DNA from: Deltaproteobacteria bacterium
Lineage (GTDB): Bacteria; Myxococcota_A; UBA9160; SMWR01
Assembly: GCA_032128375.1 (NCBI GenBank)
Contig: JAQBGU010000067.1
Location: forward strand, 1-14,165
DNA length: 14,165 nt
Direction: 5' to 3'
Shown here in pieces: positions 1-9,778 of the stretch. The notes under the pieces were generated by a model that saw only the letters and a list, made by a program, of their open reading frames with translations, made no database searches and was not told the DNA's origin. Positions within the stretch are counted from its first letter, which is position 1; each line of letters begins with the position of its first letter. The position numbers and the translations under genes are program-made.

Positions 1-74
1 CAATGCGTGGGGGCTAACCGGCGAATCCCGGGGGTTCGCATTGTACCGTCCGGCGACGCATCTGATTTGGCCTC

Positions 75-611
75 TTACGTCATCCCGAGGTCGAGCCGCG
101 CGGCCTCACTCATCATGTCGGGTGTCCAAGGCGGCTCCCAGACGAGATCGAGCTGGACACTCGTCACGCCGTCGACCAACCGCGCCTTGCTCTCGACTTC
201 TGGCGGCAGCTCCTCGGCGGCCGGGCACATTGGCGTCGTCAGTGTCATGCGAATTCGGGTCGCGCCGTCGGGATCGACATCGACGTCGTAGATCAGGCCC
301 ATCTCATAAATGTTGACAGGAATCTCAGGATCGAAGACGGTTCTCAACTGCTCGACGATGAGCTCTTTGATCTGGGCTGGCGATTGCCGGTCCGAGGAGG
401 GCGAGGGATCGGCCGATTCGGACACAGCCGCCGGCTGGGTGACTTGCGTACTCGAGTTCAGGGTCGAGCTGACGTTCGAGTCGGTGGTCATCGATTCTTC
501 GGACCTGGCCTGAACCGAATCGGTGGCATCCGTAGCGTCGGGCATCTGTATTTCCGGCATCACTGTTTTCCCAATGGATTTCTTTCCCAAAAGTTGATCG
601 CGCAGTCGCAT
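75..611 (-). CDS. sufT: DUF59 / SufT (PaaD-like) Fe-S cluster assembly protein with a long low-complexity N-terminal extension
   Basis: C-terminal domain has DUF59 motifs DPEIPVNIYEMGLIY, MTLTTPMCP and LVWEPPWTPDMMSEAARL. The ATG at 611 overlaps the sufU stop (TAATG). Last gene of the suf operon in the window. Confidence 0.92.
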   Translation of the reverse strand: MRLRDQLLGKKSIGKTVMPEIQMPDATDATDSVQARSEESMTTDSNVSSTLNSSTQVTQPAAVSESADPSPSSDRQSPAQIKELIVEQLRTVFDPEIPVNIYEMGLIYDVDVDPDGATRIRMTLTTPMCPAAEELPPEVESKARLVDGVTSVQLDLVWEPPWTPDMMSEAARLDLGMT

Positions 612-1066
612 TATTCGGTGGTTACCGTCTCGCCGCTCTGGGCAATGGCTTCACGCATTGCGTGCCAGGCCAGCGTTGCGCACTTGACACGCATCGGAAA
701 TTCTCGGACACCTGCGAACACCGACAATTTTCCAAGCTCCGATGTTTCGGCTTCGCCGCGCGGGTCCGACGTGACCATAGCGTGAAAGCCCTCGAATAGC
801 CGTTGGGCCGCGTCTATCGGCTGGCCCTTGATGGCCTGGGTCATCAGCGACGCAGATGCGGTCGAAATCGCACACCCCGAACCCTGGAAGCCGACATCGG
901 CGATCATGTCGTCGTTCACTTCGAGATACACCGTGACCTTGTCACCACACAGCGGATTGACCCCGGCGGCGGAGCAATTCGCGCAGGCCGGCAAGCGGAA
1001 ATTCCGCGGCTGTTTGTTGTGATCGATGATCACCGACTGATATAGCTCGCGAAGCTCTGCGCTCAT
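611..1066 (-). CDS. sufU: SufU (NifU/IscU-like, SUF-type) sulfur-transfer protein
   Basis: Real protein is the C-terminal part of the 341-aa ORF, starting MSAELRELYQSVIIDH. Motifs NPLCGD, GCAISTASAS and RVKCATL. The ATG at 1066 overlaps the sufS stop (ATGA). Confidence 0.95.
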   Translation of the reverse strand: MSAELRELYQSVIIDHNKQPRNFRLPACANCSAAGVNPLCGDKVTVYLEVNDDMIADVGFQGSGCAISTASASLMTQAIKGQPIDAAQRLFEGFHAMVTSDPRGEAETSELGKLSVFAGVREFPMRVKCATLAWHAMREAIAQSGETVTTE

Positions 1067-2319
1067 CCGAAAATCTCCCGAACTTCGAAGAGCGCGTCGA
1101 CGAGCGCATCGATATCCTCGCGCGTATTGTACAGCGCTAGCGATGCCCTGACGGTTGCGGGTACGCCGAAGTGTTCCATCGCGGGCATGGCACAGTGGTT
1201 GCCCGTCCGCACTGCCACACCGCGCTGATCGAGGATCGTGCCCACATCGTGTGGGTGCACTCCGTCGAGAACGAACGACAGCACGGAGACCTTGTTCGGT
1301 GCCGTTCCGATCATTCGCAACCCTGGCACCTTGGCGAGCGCTTGGGTCGCGTAGGCGAGCAGCGCGGCTTCGTAGCGGGCGATCGACTCGAGTCCAATGC
1401 CGGTCAAGTAGTCCATCGCCGCGCCGAGTCCGGCCACGCCTGCGATATCCGGTGTTCCGGCTTCGAATCGATGCGGGATGTCTTCGTAGGTGGTCTTCTC
1501 GAAACTCACTGTCCTGATCATCATGCCGCCGCCCTGGTAGGGAGCCATCGCGGACAAGATAGAGGCCCGTCCATACAGCACGCCCACCCCGGACGGCCCA
1601 AAGATCTTGTGGCCCGAGAATGCATAGAAATCGCAATCGAGCGCCCCAACGTCGACTGATTGGTGGGGGACGGCCTGCGCGCCGTCGACTACGACGACCG
1701 CACCGAACGAATGGGCGAGCCGCGAAATTTCAGCGATTGGGTTCACGCTGCCCAGCGCGTTCGAGACGTGCGCGACCGCCACGATCTTCGTCTGGGCATT
1801 CAGTCGTTTCTCGAACTCTTCCATGATCAGTTCGCCGCGGTCGTCGATGGAGGCGACGCTCAGGGTGGCCCCTACCTGATCGCACAACATCTGCCACGGG
1901 ACGATGTTCGAGTGATGTTCCATCTCGGTGATGAGGACCTCGTCGCCTTTTCCGACGTTCGCGCGGCCGTACGACGACGCGACCAGGTTGATGGCTTCGG
2001 TGGTGTTGCGAACGAAGACGATTTCGCGGGACTCGGCCGCACCCAGGAAACGCTGCGCGGTTTCGCGAACCCGCTCGAACATCGCGGTGGTGCGCGCCGA
2101 AAGATCGTAGACCCCGCGGTGGATATTCGCGTATTCCTCGCGGTAGCAAGCCGAGATCGCATCGATGACCTGGTTGGGTTTCTGGGCGCTCGCAGCGCTA
2201 TCGAGAAAGAACAATGGTTTGTCGGAGCCCGACCGCTGCAGGATCGGAAAGTCGAGCCGCGCTCGTTCCGGATCGAAGCCGAGCTGACATTCGGGGTTAG
2301 CTCGCGTGAGGGCGCTCAT
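1063..2319 (-). CDS. sufS: Group II cysteine desulfurase SufS
   Basis: Motifs LDSAASAQKP, YANIHRG, EHHSN, DGAQ, SGHK (PLP lysine), FEAGTP, HPHD and RTGNHCA (catalytic Cys). The ATG at 2319 has GGAGG upstream and overlaps the sufD stop (ATGA). Confidence 0.97.
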   Translation of the reverse strand: MSALTRANPECQLGFDPERARLDFPILQRSGSDKPLFFLDSAASAQKPNQVIDAISACYREEYANIHRGVYDLSARTTAMFERVRETAQRFLGAAESREIVFVRNTTEAINLVASSYGRANVGKGDEVLITEMEHHSNIVPWQMLCDQVGATLSVASIDDRGELIMEEFEKRLNAQTKIVAVAHVSNALGSVNPIAEISRLAHSFGAVVVVDGAQAVPHQSVDVGALDCDFYAFSGHKIFGPSGVGVLYGRASILSAMAPYQGGGMMIRTVSFEKTTYEDIPHRFEAGTPDIAGVAGLGAAMDYLTGIGLESIARYEAALLAYATQALAKVPGLRMIGTAPNKVSVLSFVLDGVHPHDVGTILDQRGVAVRTGNHCAMPAMEHFGVPATVRASLALYNTREDIDALVDALFEVREIFG

Positions 2320-3704
2320 GCGGCCTCCGCGCTCGTAACCGCGTCTAGCTTCAGTGCGACCCATTTCTGTACGCCGGCGCGCAGAGACTCGTGTGGAATG
2401 GCTTCAGCGATTTCCGAGACGAACGCCCCGACCAACATCTGGCTGGCGGTGCGCTCGTCGACCCCGCGCGCGCGCAAATAGAACAGCGCGTCCTGGTCGA
2501 GCCGCCCGATCGTCGCGCCGTGTGAGCACTTCACATCGTCAGCATAGATCTCGAGTGTGGGCTTGGTGTTGACGTGGGCGTGATCCGAGACCAGCAGGTT
2601 CGGGTTCGATTGCTGCGCGCTGGTCTTCTGGGCGTCAGGCCGGACCCGCACCAGGCCGTTGAACACTCCGCGCGAGCGCCCACCGAGCACGCCCTTGTAG
2701 AGTTCGCGGCTGGTGCCGTGCGGGCTCGCGTGGTCGATCACTGTCTGGTTGTCGACGTGTTGTGTGCCGTCGACCAGGAACAACCCGTTGAGCGCACAAT
2801 CCGCACCGGGCGCGGCGAGTACCGAGTTCACCTCGCTGCGCGAAAGGCTTGCTCCGATCGCGAACAGGTGCGAGCGAAACCTGCTGTCTCGCTGCTGCGC
2901 CACATCGATCGAGGACAGGTGCAATGCTGCCTCGGCCTCACGTTGAACGCTGACCAGGTGGAGCTCCGCGTCTTCACCCAACTCGATCGATGTCACCGCA
3001 TTGGTGAGATAGTTGGTGAGTGAGTTGGAGTGGGAATCGCGAGAAGAATCGGCTATCCCCAGGTCCGACGCATATCGCATCGAGATGACCGCGCTTGCAC
3101 CGGCCTCGAGGCGGATCATGTTCCGGACGTTGGCGACGCATCCCGCAGCGGCCTGCGTTGTGACGAACAGCAATTCGATCGACTGTTCCGCACTCCCCGC
3201 GCCAATGGAAACGAACGCGCCATCATGGACGAACGCGAGGTTCAGTGCGGCAAAGGGTCGTGTCAGTGAATCGGCTCCCAGCGCCAGCGATCGCACGCGC
3301 TCCGGGTTGTCGCGCAACACCTCTGCCAGGCTTCCCGCGTCGACTGTTTCGGTCAACGACTCCGTAGCGCTGAGAGAAGGCGCGAACCGTCCATCGGCGA
3401 ATACCAGGCTGCACTCCGCAGTGGGCTCACCGAAAATCCGAACGATGTCCTCGCGCGAGAGTCGGGTTTCGGAAGCTGGCGAAACAGCGGCCCTCGAAAT
3501 GGGCGCGAGAGCAAAACCGGACTTCGCAATCTGGCTGGTCGGCGTGTACTTCCAGGCTTCATCTTTGCGGGTCGGAAGGCCCAGCTCGTTGAACCGTTTG
3601 ATGGCCGCGCGCCGAACCGGCGCCAACCAGCCGGGACTGGCGCTGGCAAGCTCGCCTTCGCAGCGAGCGAACTGGGCGCCGAAATGCGCGTGCGCTGAAC
3701 TCAC
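2316..3704 (-). CDS. sufD: Fe-S cluster assembly protein SufD
   Basis: N-terminal LPTRKDEAWKYT; C-terminal AQKT, KPTLEIYADDVKCSHGATIG and LFYLRARG. Start placed at GTG 3704 because it overlaps the sufC stop (GTGA); the ORF track start is 3731. Confidence 0.95.
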   Translation of the reverse strand: MSSAHAHFGAQFARCEGELASASPGWLAPVRRAAIKRFNELGLPTRKDEAWKYTPTSQIAKSGFALAPISRAAVSPASETRLSREDIVRIFGEPTAECSLVFADGRFAPSLSATESLTETVDAGSLAEVLRDNPERVRSLALGADSLTRPFAALNLAFVHDGAFVSIGAGSAEQSIELLFVTTQAAAGCVANVRNMIRLEAGASAVISMRYASDLGIADSSRDSHSNSLTNYLTNAVTSIELGEDAELHLVSVQREAEAALHLSSIDVAQQRDSRFRSHLFAIGASLSRSEVNSVLAAPGADCALNGLFLVDGTQHVDNQTVIDHASPHGTSRELYKGVLGGRSRGVFNGLVRVRPDAQKTSAQQSNPNLLVSDHAHVNTKPTLEIYADDVKCSHGATIGRLDQDALFYLRARGVDERTASQMLVGAFVSEIAEAIPHESLRAGVQKWVALKLDAVTSAEAA

Positions 3705-4482
3705 GGCGCGGGTGCTTCTGTTTGCAGCCACGCGTAGCCCTTCTTATCGAGCGCGTGTGCCAATTCGGCTCCGCCCGAAGTCGCGATCCGCCCTTCGGCG
3801 AGTACGTGTACGAAATCGGGAATCACGTAGTCGAGTAGTCGCTGGTAGTGGGTAATCATGATGGCCGCGCGTTCTGGAGAGCGAAGTGCGTTGACTCCAT
3901 TCGCGACGACTCGCAGCGCGTCGATATCGAGGCCTGAATCAGTCTCGTCGAGAATCGCCAGCCGTGGCTCGAGAATCGCCATTTGCAGAATCTCGTTGCG
4001 CTTCTTTTCTCCGCCCGAGAATCCCTCGTTGACGGATCGATGCAGCAGCTTCTCATCGAACTCGACGAGTTTCATTTTGTCGCGAGCGAAGGCCAGGAAG
4101 TCCATCCCGTCGAGCGGGTCCTCGCCGCGGTGTTTTCGTGCCGCGTTGAGCGCCGCCTTCATGAAGTACGAATTCGCAACGCCCGGGATCTCTACCGGGT
4201 ATTGAAACGCGAGAAACACGCCGTCAACCGCGCGCTGTTCGGGCGCCAGTTTCAACAGGTCCACACCGTGGTAGTGGACGCTTCCACCAGTGACTTCGAC
4301 CGAAGGTCGTCCAGCGAGAACGTTGGCCAGTGTGCTCTTGCCGGAACCGTTGGGGCCCATGATCGCGTGCACTTCACCGGCGTTCACCGTGAGGTTCAAC
4401 CCCTTCAGGATATCGACGCCGCCGGCGCTGGCGTGGAGGTCACGAATCTCGAGCAGTGGTCGTAGTTCTGTCGATTCTGCCA

Positions 4483-4483
<1 letters not shown>
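3701..4483 (-). CDS. sufC: Fe-S cluster assembly ABC-type ATPase SufC
   Basis: Walker A GPNGSGKST, AFQYPVEIPGV, signature VNEGFSGGEKKRNE, Walker B ILDETDSGLDID, ITHYQRLL. The ATG at 4483 overlaps the sufB stop (TGATG). Confidence 0.98.
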
Positions 4484-5942
<1,459 letters not shown>

Positions 5943-5943
<1 letters not shown>

Positions 5944-6497
5944 CACTGCCCCCTGGGTTCTTTCTGGATCTGATCGAGCACAGCGGCAGCTTGCCCGCTC
6001 TTTGTGTCGTGGCCCGGATCAAGCCCAAGCAAGGGAACAAAGCGGTCGAAGCTCCCGTGTGGATTCCCGTGTAGATTCCCGTGTAGATCGGCACTGGGTT
6101 CGGCAATATCCGCAAGCGTGATCTTTTCGAGTGCGTCCTGAACGGCCCGATTGATCCGCAGCCAAGGGCCCTGCAGGCCGCAATTTCCCTCATGGGAGCA
6201 GGCGCCGGGATGGATCACGCACTCGGTCATGGCCACAGGTCCCTCGAGGGCCGTGATCATCTGCACCACCGAGATCTGCGCGGGCGGTTGGGCCAGTCGA
6301 TAGCCGCCCTTGGAACCGCGGATCGAGTCGAGCAGACCTGCTCGAGTCAGCGACTTGAGGACCTTGCTGACGACCGGGGCTGGAAGCTGAGTCTGTTCCG
6401 AGAGTTCTCTGGAATTGTGCGCGCAATCATCGTTGTGCCTGGCCAAATGGGCCAAGATGACGATTCCATAGTCCGTGATACGGCTGATTCGGAACAT
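5943..6497 (-). CDS. Rrf2-family SUF system Fe-S cluster assembly transcriptional regulator
   Basis: N-terminal [11 protein letters not shown], winged helix with VSKVLKSL and [10 protein letters not shown], three-Cys segment C-x6-C-x5-C. First gene of the suf operon. Confidence 0.93.
6053..6088. repeat. 3 x 12-bp tandem repeat (TCCCGTGT[A/G]GAT) inside the Rrf2 gene tail
   Basis: tcccgtgtggat 6053-6064, tcccgtgtagat 6065-6076, tcccgtgtagat 6077-6088; encodes [11 protein letters not shown]. Confidence 0.9.
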
Positions 6498-6527
6498 CGG
6501 TTCGGCTTCTCGCGCTTGGGGAGTCCC

Positions 6528-6556
6528 AACATATCGGACTATTTTGGTCCTGTAAA
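6528..6556 (-). promoter_or_regulatory. Putative sigma70 promoter of the suf operon
   Basis: Minus strand TTTACA (6556-6551), 17-nt spacer, TATGTT (6533-6528), about 30 nt upstream of the regulator ATG in an AT-rich patch. Confidence 0.6.
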
Positions 6557-6579
6557 TATAGGACCAATTTTGTCCAAAT
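6532..6579. promoter_or_regulatory. Tandem Rrf2-type operator: two GGAC-N7-GTCC palindromes 25 bp apart
   Basis: GGAC-tattttg-GTCC at 6536-6550 and GGAC-caatttt-GTCC at 6561-6575, with AT-rich flanks. Resembles the GAC-N7-GTC core and tandem arrangement of IscR type-1 sites. Confidence 0.75.
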
Positions 6580-6659
6580 TGGTGGATTCGGGGTCAATGA
6601 ACAGCCGTTGGACCGGCCGTCGCCGTTAGCGACTCGATTGGGCCGAATCGCCCGCGACT

Positions 6660-6845
6660 TCAGCTGCCCGCTAGCGTTTGAGCAACTCCGTCGAAAGGGT
6701 CCCCGGCGTCGATGTCCATCGCGGGCCGGGACGAACCGACCGGGATCGGTTCGATGCTCGCAGCGCGGGAAGAGCTGCCGGCCAGCAGATCTCCCACCAC
6801 AGCCATGCCGAGCAGAACCGCGATCGATCGCGTGTGCGTGTTCAA
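6660..6845 (-). CDS. Possible small exported protein or gene remnant (hypothetical, ~61 aa)
   Basis: From TTG 6845: (M)NTHTRSIAVLLGMAVVGDLLAGSSSRA-ASIEP..., a signal-peptide-like basic/hydrophobic/small-residue layout that fills the gap between the radical SAM gene and the suf promoter. No clear SD and no recognised domain. Confidence 0.25.
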   Translation of the reverse strand: MNTHTRSIAVLLGMAVVGDLLAGSSSRAASIEPIPVGSSRPAMDIDAGDPFDGVAQTLAGS

Positions 6846-6880
6846 GCATCGACTCGAGGGAGGCGCACAGCCAGCCACCT

Positions 6881-8431
6881 TCAGTTCCTCCGCTGCGTTG
6901 CTGAGACTATCACGTCGCGGCCATCGAGGTCCGCTTGCACGCGCTCCAGTTCGAGGCACAAGACCCGCGCATAGCGATGGAATGCCTGGTGGACGACCGC
7001 AAACGAGACCGCCTCTTTGATCACGGACGGACGTCGCAGCAGTGTCGTGCCGATCAACGAGAGCGTGAACCAGGCGCGTCGCGGCCCACCCAGAATCAGT
7101 GTGTTGTAGAGCACGGCTACCAACCGGCGGAGGTCGCCTTTGCGGATGTTCCTTCCGCGATGCACTTGGTGACCGCGATGCAGCAGGAAATCCAGCGTGC
7201 GATTCTTGTAGTTGTCAAAATCGTACAGCTCAGATACCAGCCATCGGTAGCCGTCATAGAGTTCGCGCCGACTCATCTTGACCGGAGCGATGTTCGAAAA
7301 CACAAACTGATCTCCCCCCGACTCCTGCAGCAGGCGCCCCTCTCGCTCGACTCGCGCGTACAATGGCGTCTTCGGTAGCGCCTGAAGCATTCCGGTCATC
7401 GATACCGGGATGCGGGCCTCGTGGATGAAGCGCAGCTGCTCATCGAAGATGGAGACATCGTCGTGGTCGAAGCCCACGATCATGCCCGCCTGGATCTGGA
7501 TCCCATAGGAGTGAATCTTGTGGACCTGCTCGACGAGGTCTCCGCGCAGGTTCTGGTTTTTGCCGGTTTCCAGCAGCGACTCGATGCGTGGGCTTTCGAT
7601 ACCGATGAAGATCGTCGTGAAGTTCGCGGCGCGCAGCAGCTCCAATAGTTCGTCGTCGGCCGCGACATTCAGTGATACTTCGGTGTTGAAATCGAGTGGG
7701 TAGTCGTTTTGCTCGCCCCAAGTCGCGATCTCGCGCAGTAGCGCCTTGGCGAGTTTGGGGTTCCCGATGAAGTTGTCGTCGACGATGAAGACCTGGCTGG
7801 CCCCGAGGCGGTAACACTCGCGGATTTCGGTCATCACCTGTTCGACGTTCTTGGCGCGAGGGCGGCGCCCGTACATGACGATGATGTCGCAGAACTCACA
7901 CGTGTAGGGGCAGCCCCGCGCGAATTGGATCGTCAACGCGTGATATCGGTCGACATGGAGCAGGTCGAAGCGCGGAGTGGGTGCCTCACTCAGGTCCGGC
8001 TTGTCGACAGCGCGGTATTCTTTACCCGCGACGCCCGCTTCGAAGTCGCGCAAGAATTGGGGCCAGGTCTCCTCGGCTTCGTCGACGAACAACACGTCGC
8101 AGTGGTCGCGCAACTTTTCCGGACAAAGCGACGCAAATGGACCGCCCACTGCGACGAAGCGCCCGCGTCTGCGAAACTTCGCGAGGATCTCGAGGATCCT
8201 CTCTGCGTGGATGATATATCCCGTCACACCGACGATGTCCGCTTCGAAATCGAAGTCGATTTCTTCGACGTTCTCGTCGCACAGCACGACCTCGTGTTGC
8301 GCACCCGCGAGTGCGGCCACAGTCGGCATCGACAGGTTCGGGAAGATGCAGCGCTTGCCGAGAATCGGAAGGATTTCGTCGTAGGTCCAGAAGCTCGACG
8401 GGTTCTTGGGAGTGATCAGATAGATCTTCAT
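6881..8431 (-). CDS. Cobalamin (B12)-binding radical SAM protein, class B methyltransferase-like, probable DUF4070 C-terminus
   Basis: N-terminal B12-binding region (SFW...PNLSMPTVAAL, DENVE, VGGPFASLCPE), radical SAM motif RGCPYTCEFCD, FIVDDNFIGN, FIGIESP, GMIVGFDHD and LQALPKTPLY. Confidence 0.9.
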   Translation of the reverse strand: MKIYLITPKNPSSFWTYDEILPILGKRCIFPNLSMPTVAALAGAQHEVVLCDENVEEIDFDFEADIVGVTGYIIHAERILEILAKFRRRGRFVAVGGPFASLCPEKLRDHCDVLFVDEAEETWPQFLRDFEAGVAGKEYRAVDKPDLSEAPTPRFDLLHVDRYHALTIQFARGCPYTCEFCDIIVMYGRRPRAKNVEQVMTEIRECYRLGASQVFIVDDNFIGNPKLAKALLREIATWGEQNDYPLDFNTEVSLNVAADDELLELLRAANFTTIFIGIESPRIESLLETGKNQNLRGDLVEQVHKIHSYGIQIQAGMIVGFDHDDVSIFDEQLRFIHEARIPVSMTGMLQALPKTPLYARVEREGRLLQESGGDQFVFSNIAPVKMSRRELYDGYRWLVSELYDFDNYKNRTLDFLLHRGHQVHRGRNIRKGDLRRLVAVLYNTLILGGPRRAWFTLSLIGTTLLRRPSVIKEAVSFAVVHQAFHRYARVLCLELERVQADLDGRDVIVSATQRRN

Positions 8432-8464
8432 GGCTTTCTCTTGCTCTTCTTATTGCTGGCAACA

Positions 8465-9778
8465 CTAACACTCGATGTCGGAGAACCTCGCCAACGAGGC
8501 CAGTACACAGCGCCCGGCGTGGTGCCACCCGATGGGAGGGCTCTGCATCGTACCGGGCCGGCAGATTCGCGAGGCTCCGAGGGTCGCGAGCTCGCGACAC
8601 AGCGCGGGCGCTTGCTCACCGAACCCCTCGACGGCGACGGCCGCAAGGTGGGACCCCATCGGCCCGAGTGCTTCGACGAGAGCTGCAGGACTGACGACCG
8701 GCGCTACTCGAATGAACCGATGCAGTGGGGCAGGGCGTAGATCGGGGCCGTTTTCGCGAACCACGGTCCACGCGGTCGAGTCACTCGCCATGACGCGCAC
8801 GTTGCGTCCAGCGGCGGCTCGGAGTTCCGCCTCACTGCGCTCGCGAACGACATCGCGGGCGCTGGCCGGGCCGATTTCGCCGCGGGGCCACTGCTGCTCA
8901 GTCGACGCAAGTGCGGTCGCCAACGCATCCGCCAGCCGATCCGCCCAGAGTTCCGAAGATTTGTTCGCCTCGCTTCCGGCAACTCCCACTGCGTATATCA
9001 CCACGGGAGACAAGCAGCCAAGTTGGTCCCACAGTGCGATGTCCAGAGCCAGGCGTCGGGCGATGTCGTGCGCCGTGCTTTCCTCTGTTACACCTCCGGT
9101 GGTGAGGTCGTCACCGATCGCCGCGACGGACAAACGATGACCGTCGAACACGATCCGTCGCGGAGGTCGAACCTGCGCTCGAAGGGCTGCGATCGTCCCA
9201 TCTGATCCGGTTGCGCAGATACAGCTCGCTTCCAGCAACGCCTGCGTGCTGGCGTCATCGTCGCGTGCGAAATCCACGATTGCAACGCAACGTCCGAGCT
9301 CGCTGTCGACTTCTGCGATCGACTCGGCAACCAGATTCGGTGTCACGCGATCGCGAGTCGACGTCTTCGCGATGACGGGTGACCCGAGCGCTAGTGGGGC
9401 GATCAACGAGAGCAGCGTCGGCATCGGAATCGAGCCGGCCAGCACGACAGCCGTCGAATCGAAACCCGAAAGCACGCACCCGGTCGGGTCACCCGCGAGA
9501 CAGTCGTCGCCCAACTCACGAAAAGCGAGTTCGGCGAGCGCTTCGGAGGTCCAATGGTCGAGTCCCGCCGCCAGGCCATTTCGAACCGTCGGCGCGGAAA
9601 AACCGGTTTCCGACGGGAGCGCTGCCAGGAGCGCCTGCCGCCAACGCGAGTTCGGATCGGCCCAGATGTCGAGGACTCGACCGAGCGTCGCGACCCGTTC
9701 GCGGCGTGTCCGACGTCTGAGTAGGGCGCCCGCTTCCCGGATCGATTCGAGTCGCTCTGCGATGTCGTGGGCCGTCAT
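8465..9778 (-). CDS. LuxC-like acyl-CoA/acyl-protein reductase (aldehyde dehydrogenase fold)
   Basis: LAGSIP, AKTSTRD, ATGSDGTI, GHRLS and the catalytic-Cys motif DIALWDQLGCLSP. The ATG at 9778 overlaps the stop of the LuxE-like gene (ATGA). Confidence 0.87.
   Translation of the reverse strand: MTAHDIAERLESIREAGALLRRRTRRERVATLGRVLDIWADPNSRWRQALLAALPSETGFSAPTVRNGLAAGLDHWTSEALAELAFRELGDDCLAGDPTGCVLSGFDSTAVVLAGSIPMPTLLSLIAPLALGSPVIAKTSTRDRVTPNLVAESIAEVDSELGRCVAIVDFARDDDASTQALLEASCICATGSDGTIAALRAQVRPPRRIVFDGHRLSVAAIGDDLTTGGVTEESTAHDIARRLALDIALWDQLGCLSPVVIYAVGVAGSEANKSSELWADRLADALATALASTEQQWPRGEIGPASARDVVRERSEAELRAAAGRNVRVMASDSTAWTVVRENGPDLRPAPLHRFIRVAPVVSPAALVEALGPMGSHLAAVAVEGFGEQAPALCRELATLGASRICRPGTMQSPPIGWHHAGRCVLASLARFSDIEC

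Noticed and set aside
1..45. Intrinsic terminator after sufT (GCGAA...TTCGC 21-39; CAATGCG/CGCATTG 1-7 and 37-43)
   Set aside because: The inverted repeats are short, have no U-tract on the minus strand and are cut by the window edge.
1067..1636. 341-aa ORF suggesting a long N-terminally extended SufU
   Set aside because: The upstream part is an Arg-rich alternative frame inside sufS; the SufU sequence begins at ATG 1066 with an ATGA overlap.
6567..6597. Alternative suf promoter using TTGACC (6597-6592)
   Set aside because: The best -10 candidate (CAAAAT) is 19 nt away; the TTTACA-N17-TATGTT pair fits better, though a second promoter is not excluded.
6594..6662. Selenocysteine readthrough of the TGA at 6660-6662
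   Set aside because: No redox-motif context or convincing SECIS-like hairpin, and the ORF itself is doubtful.
6881..8431. Assigning hpnP (hopanoid C-2 methylase)
   Set aside because: The domain architecture is similar, but there are no hopanoid genes nearby and subfamily membership cannot be determined by eye.
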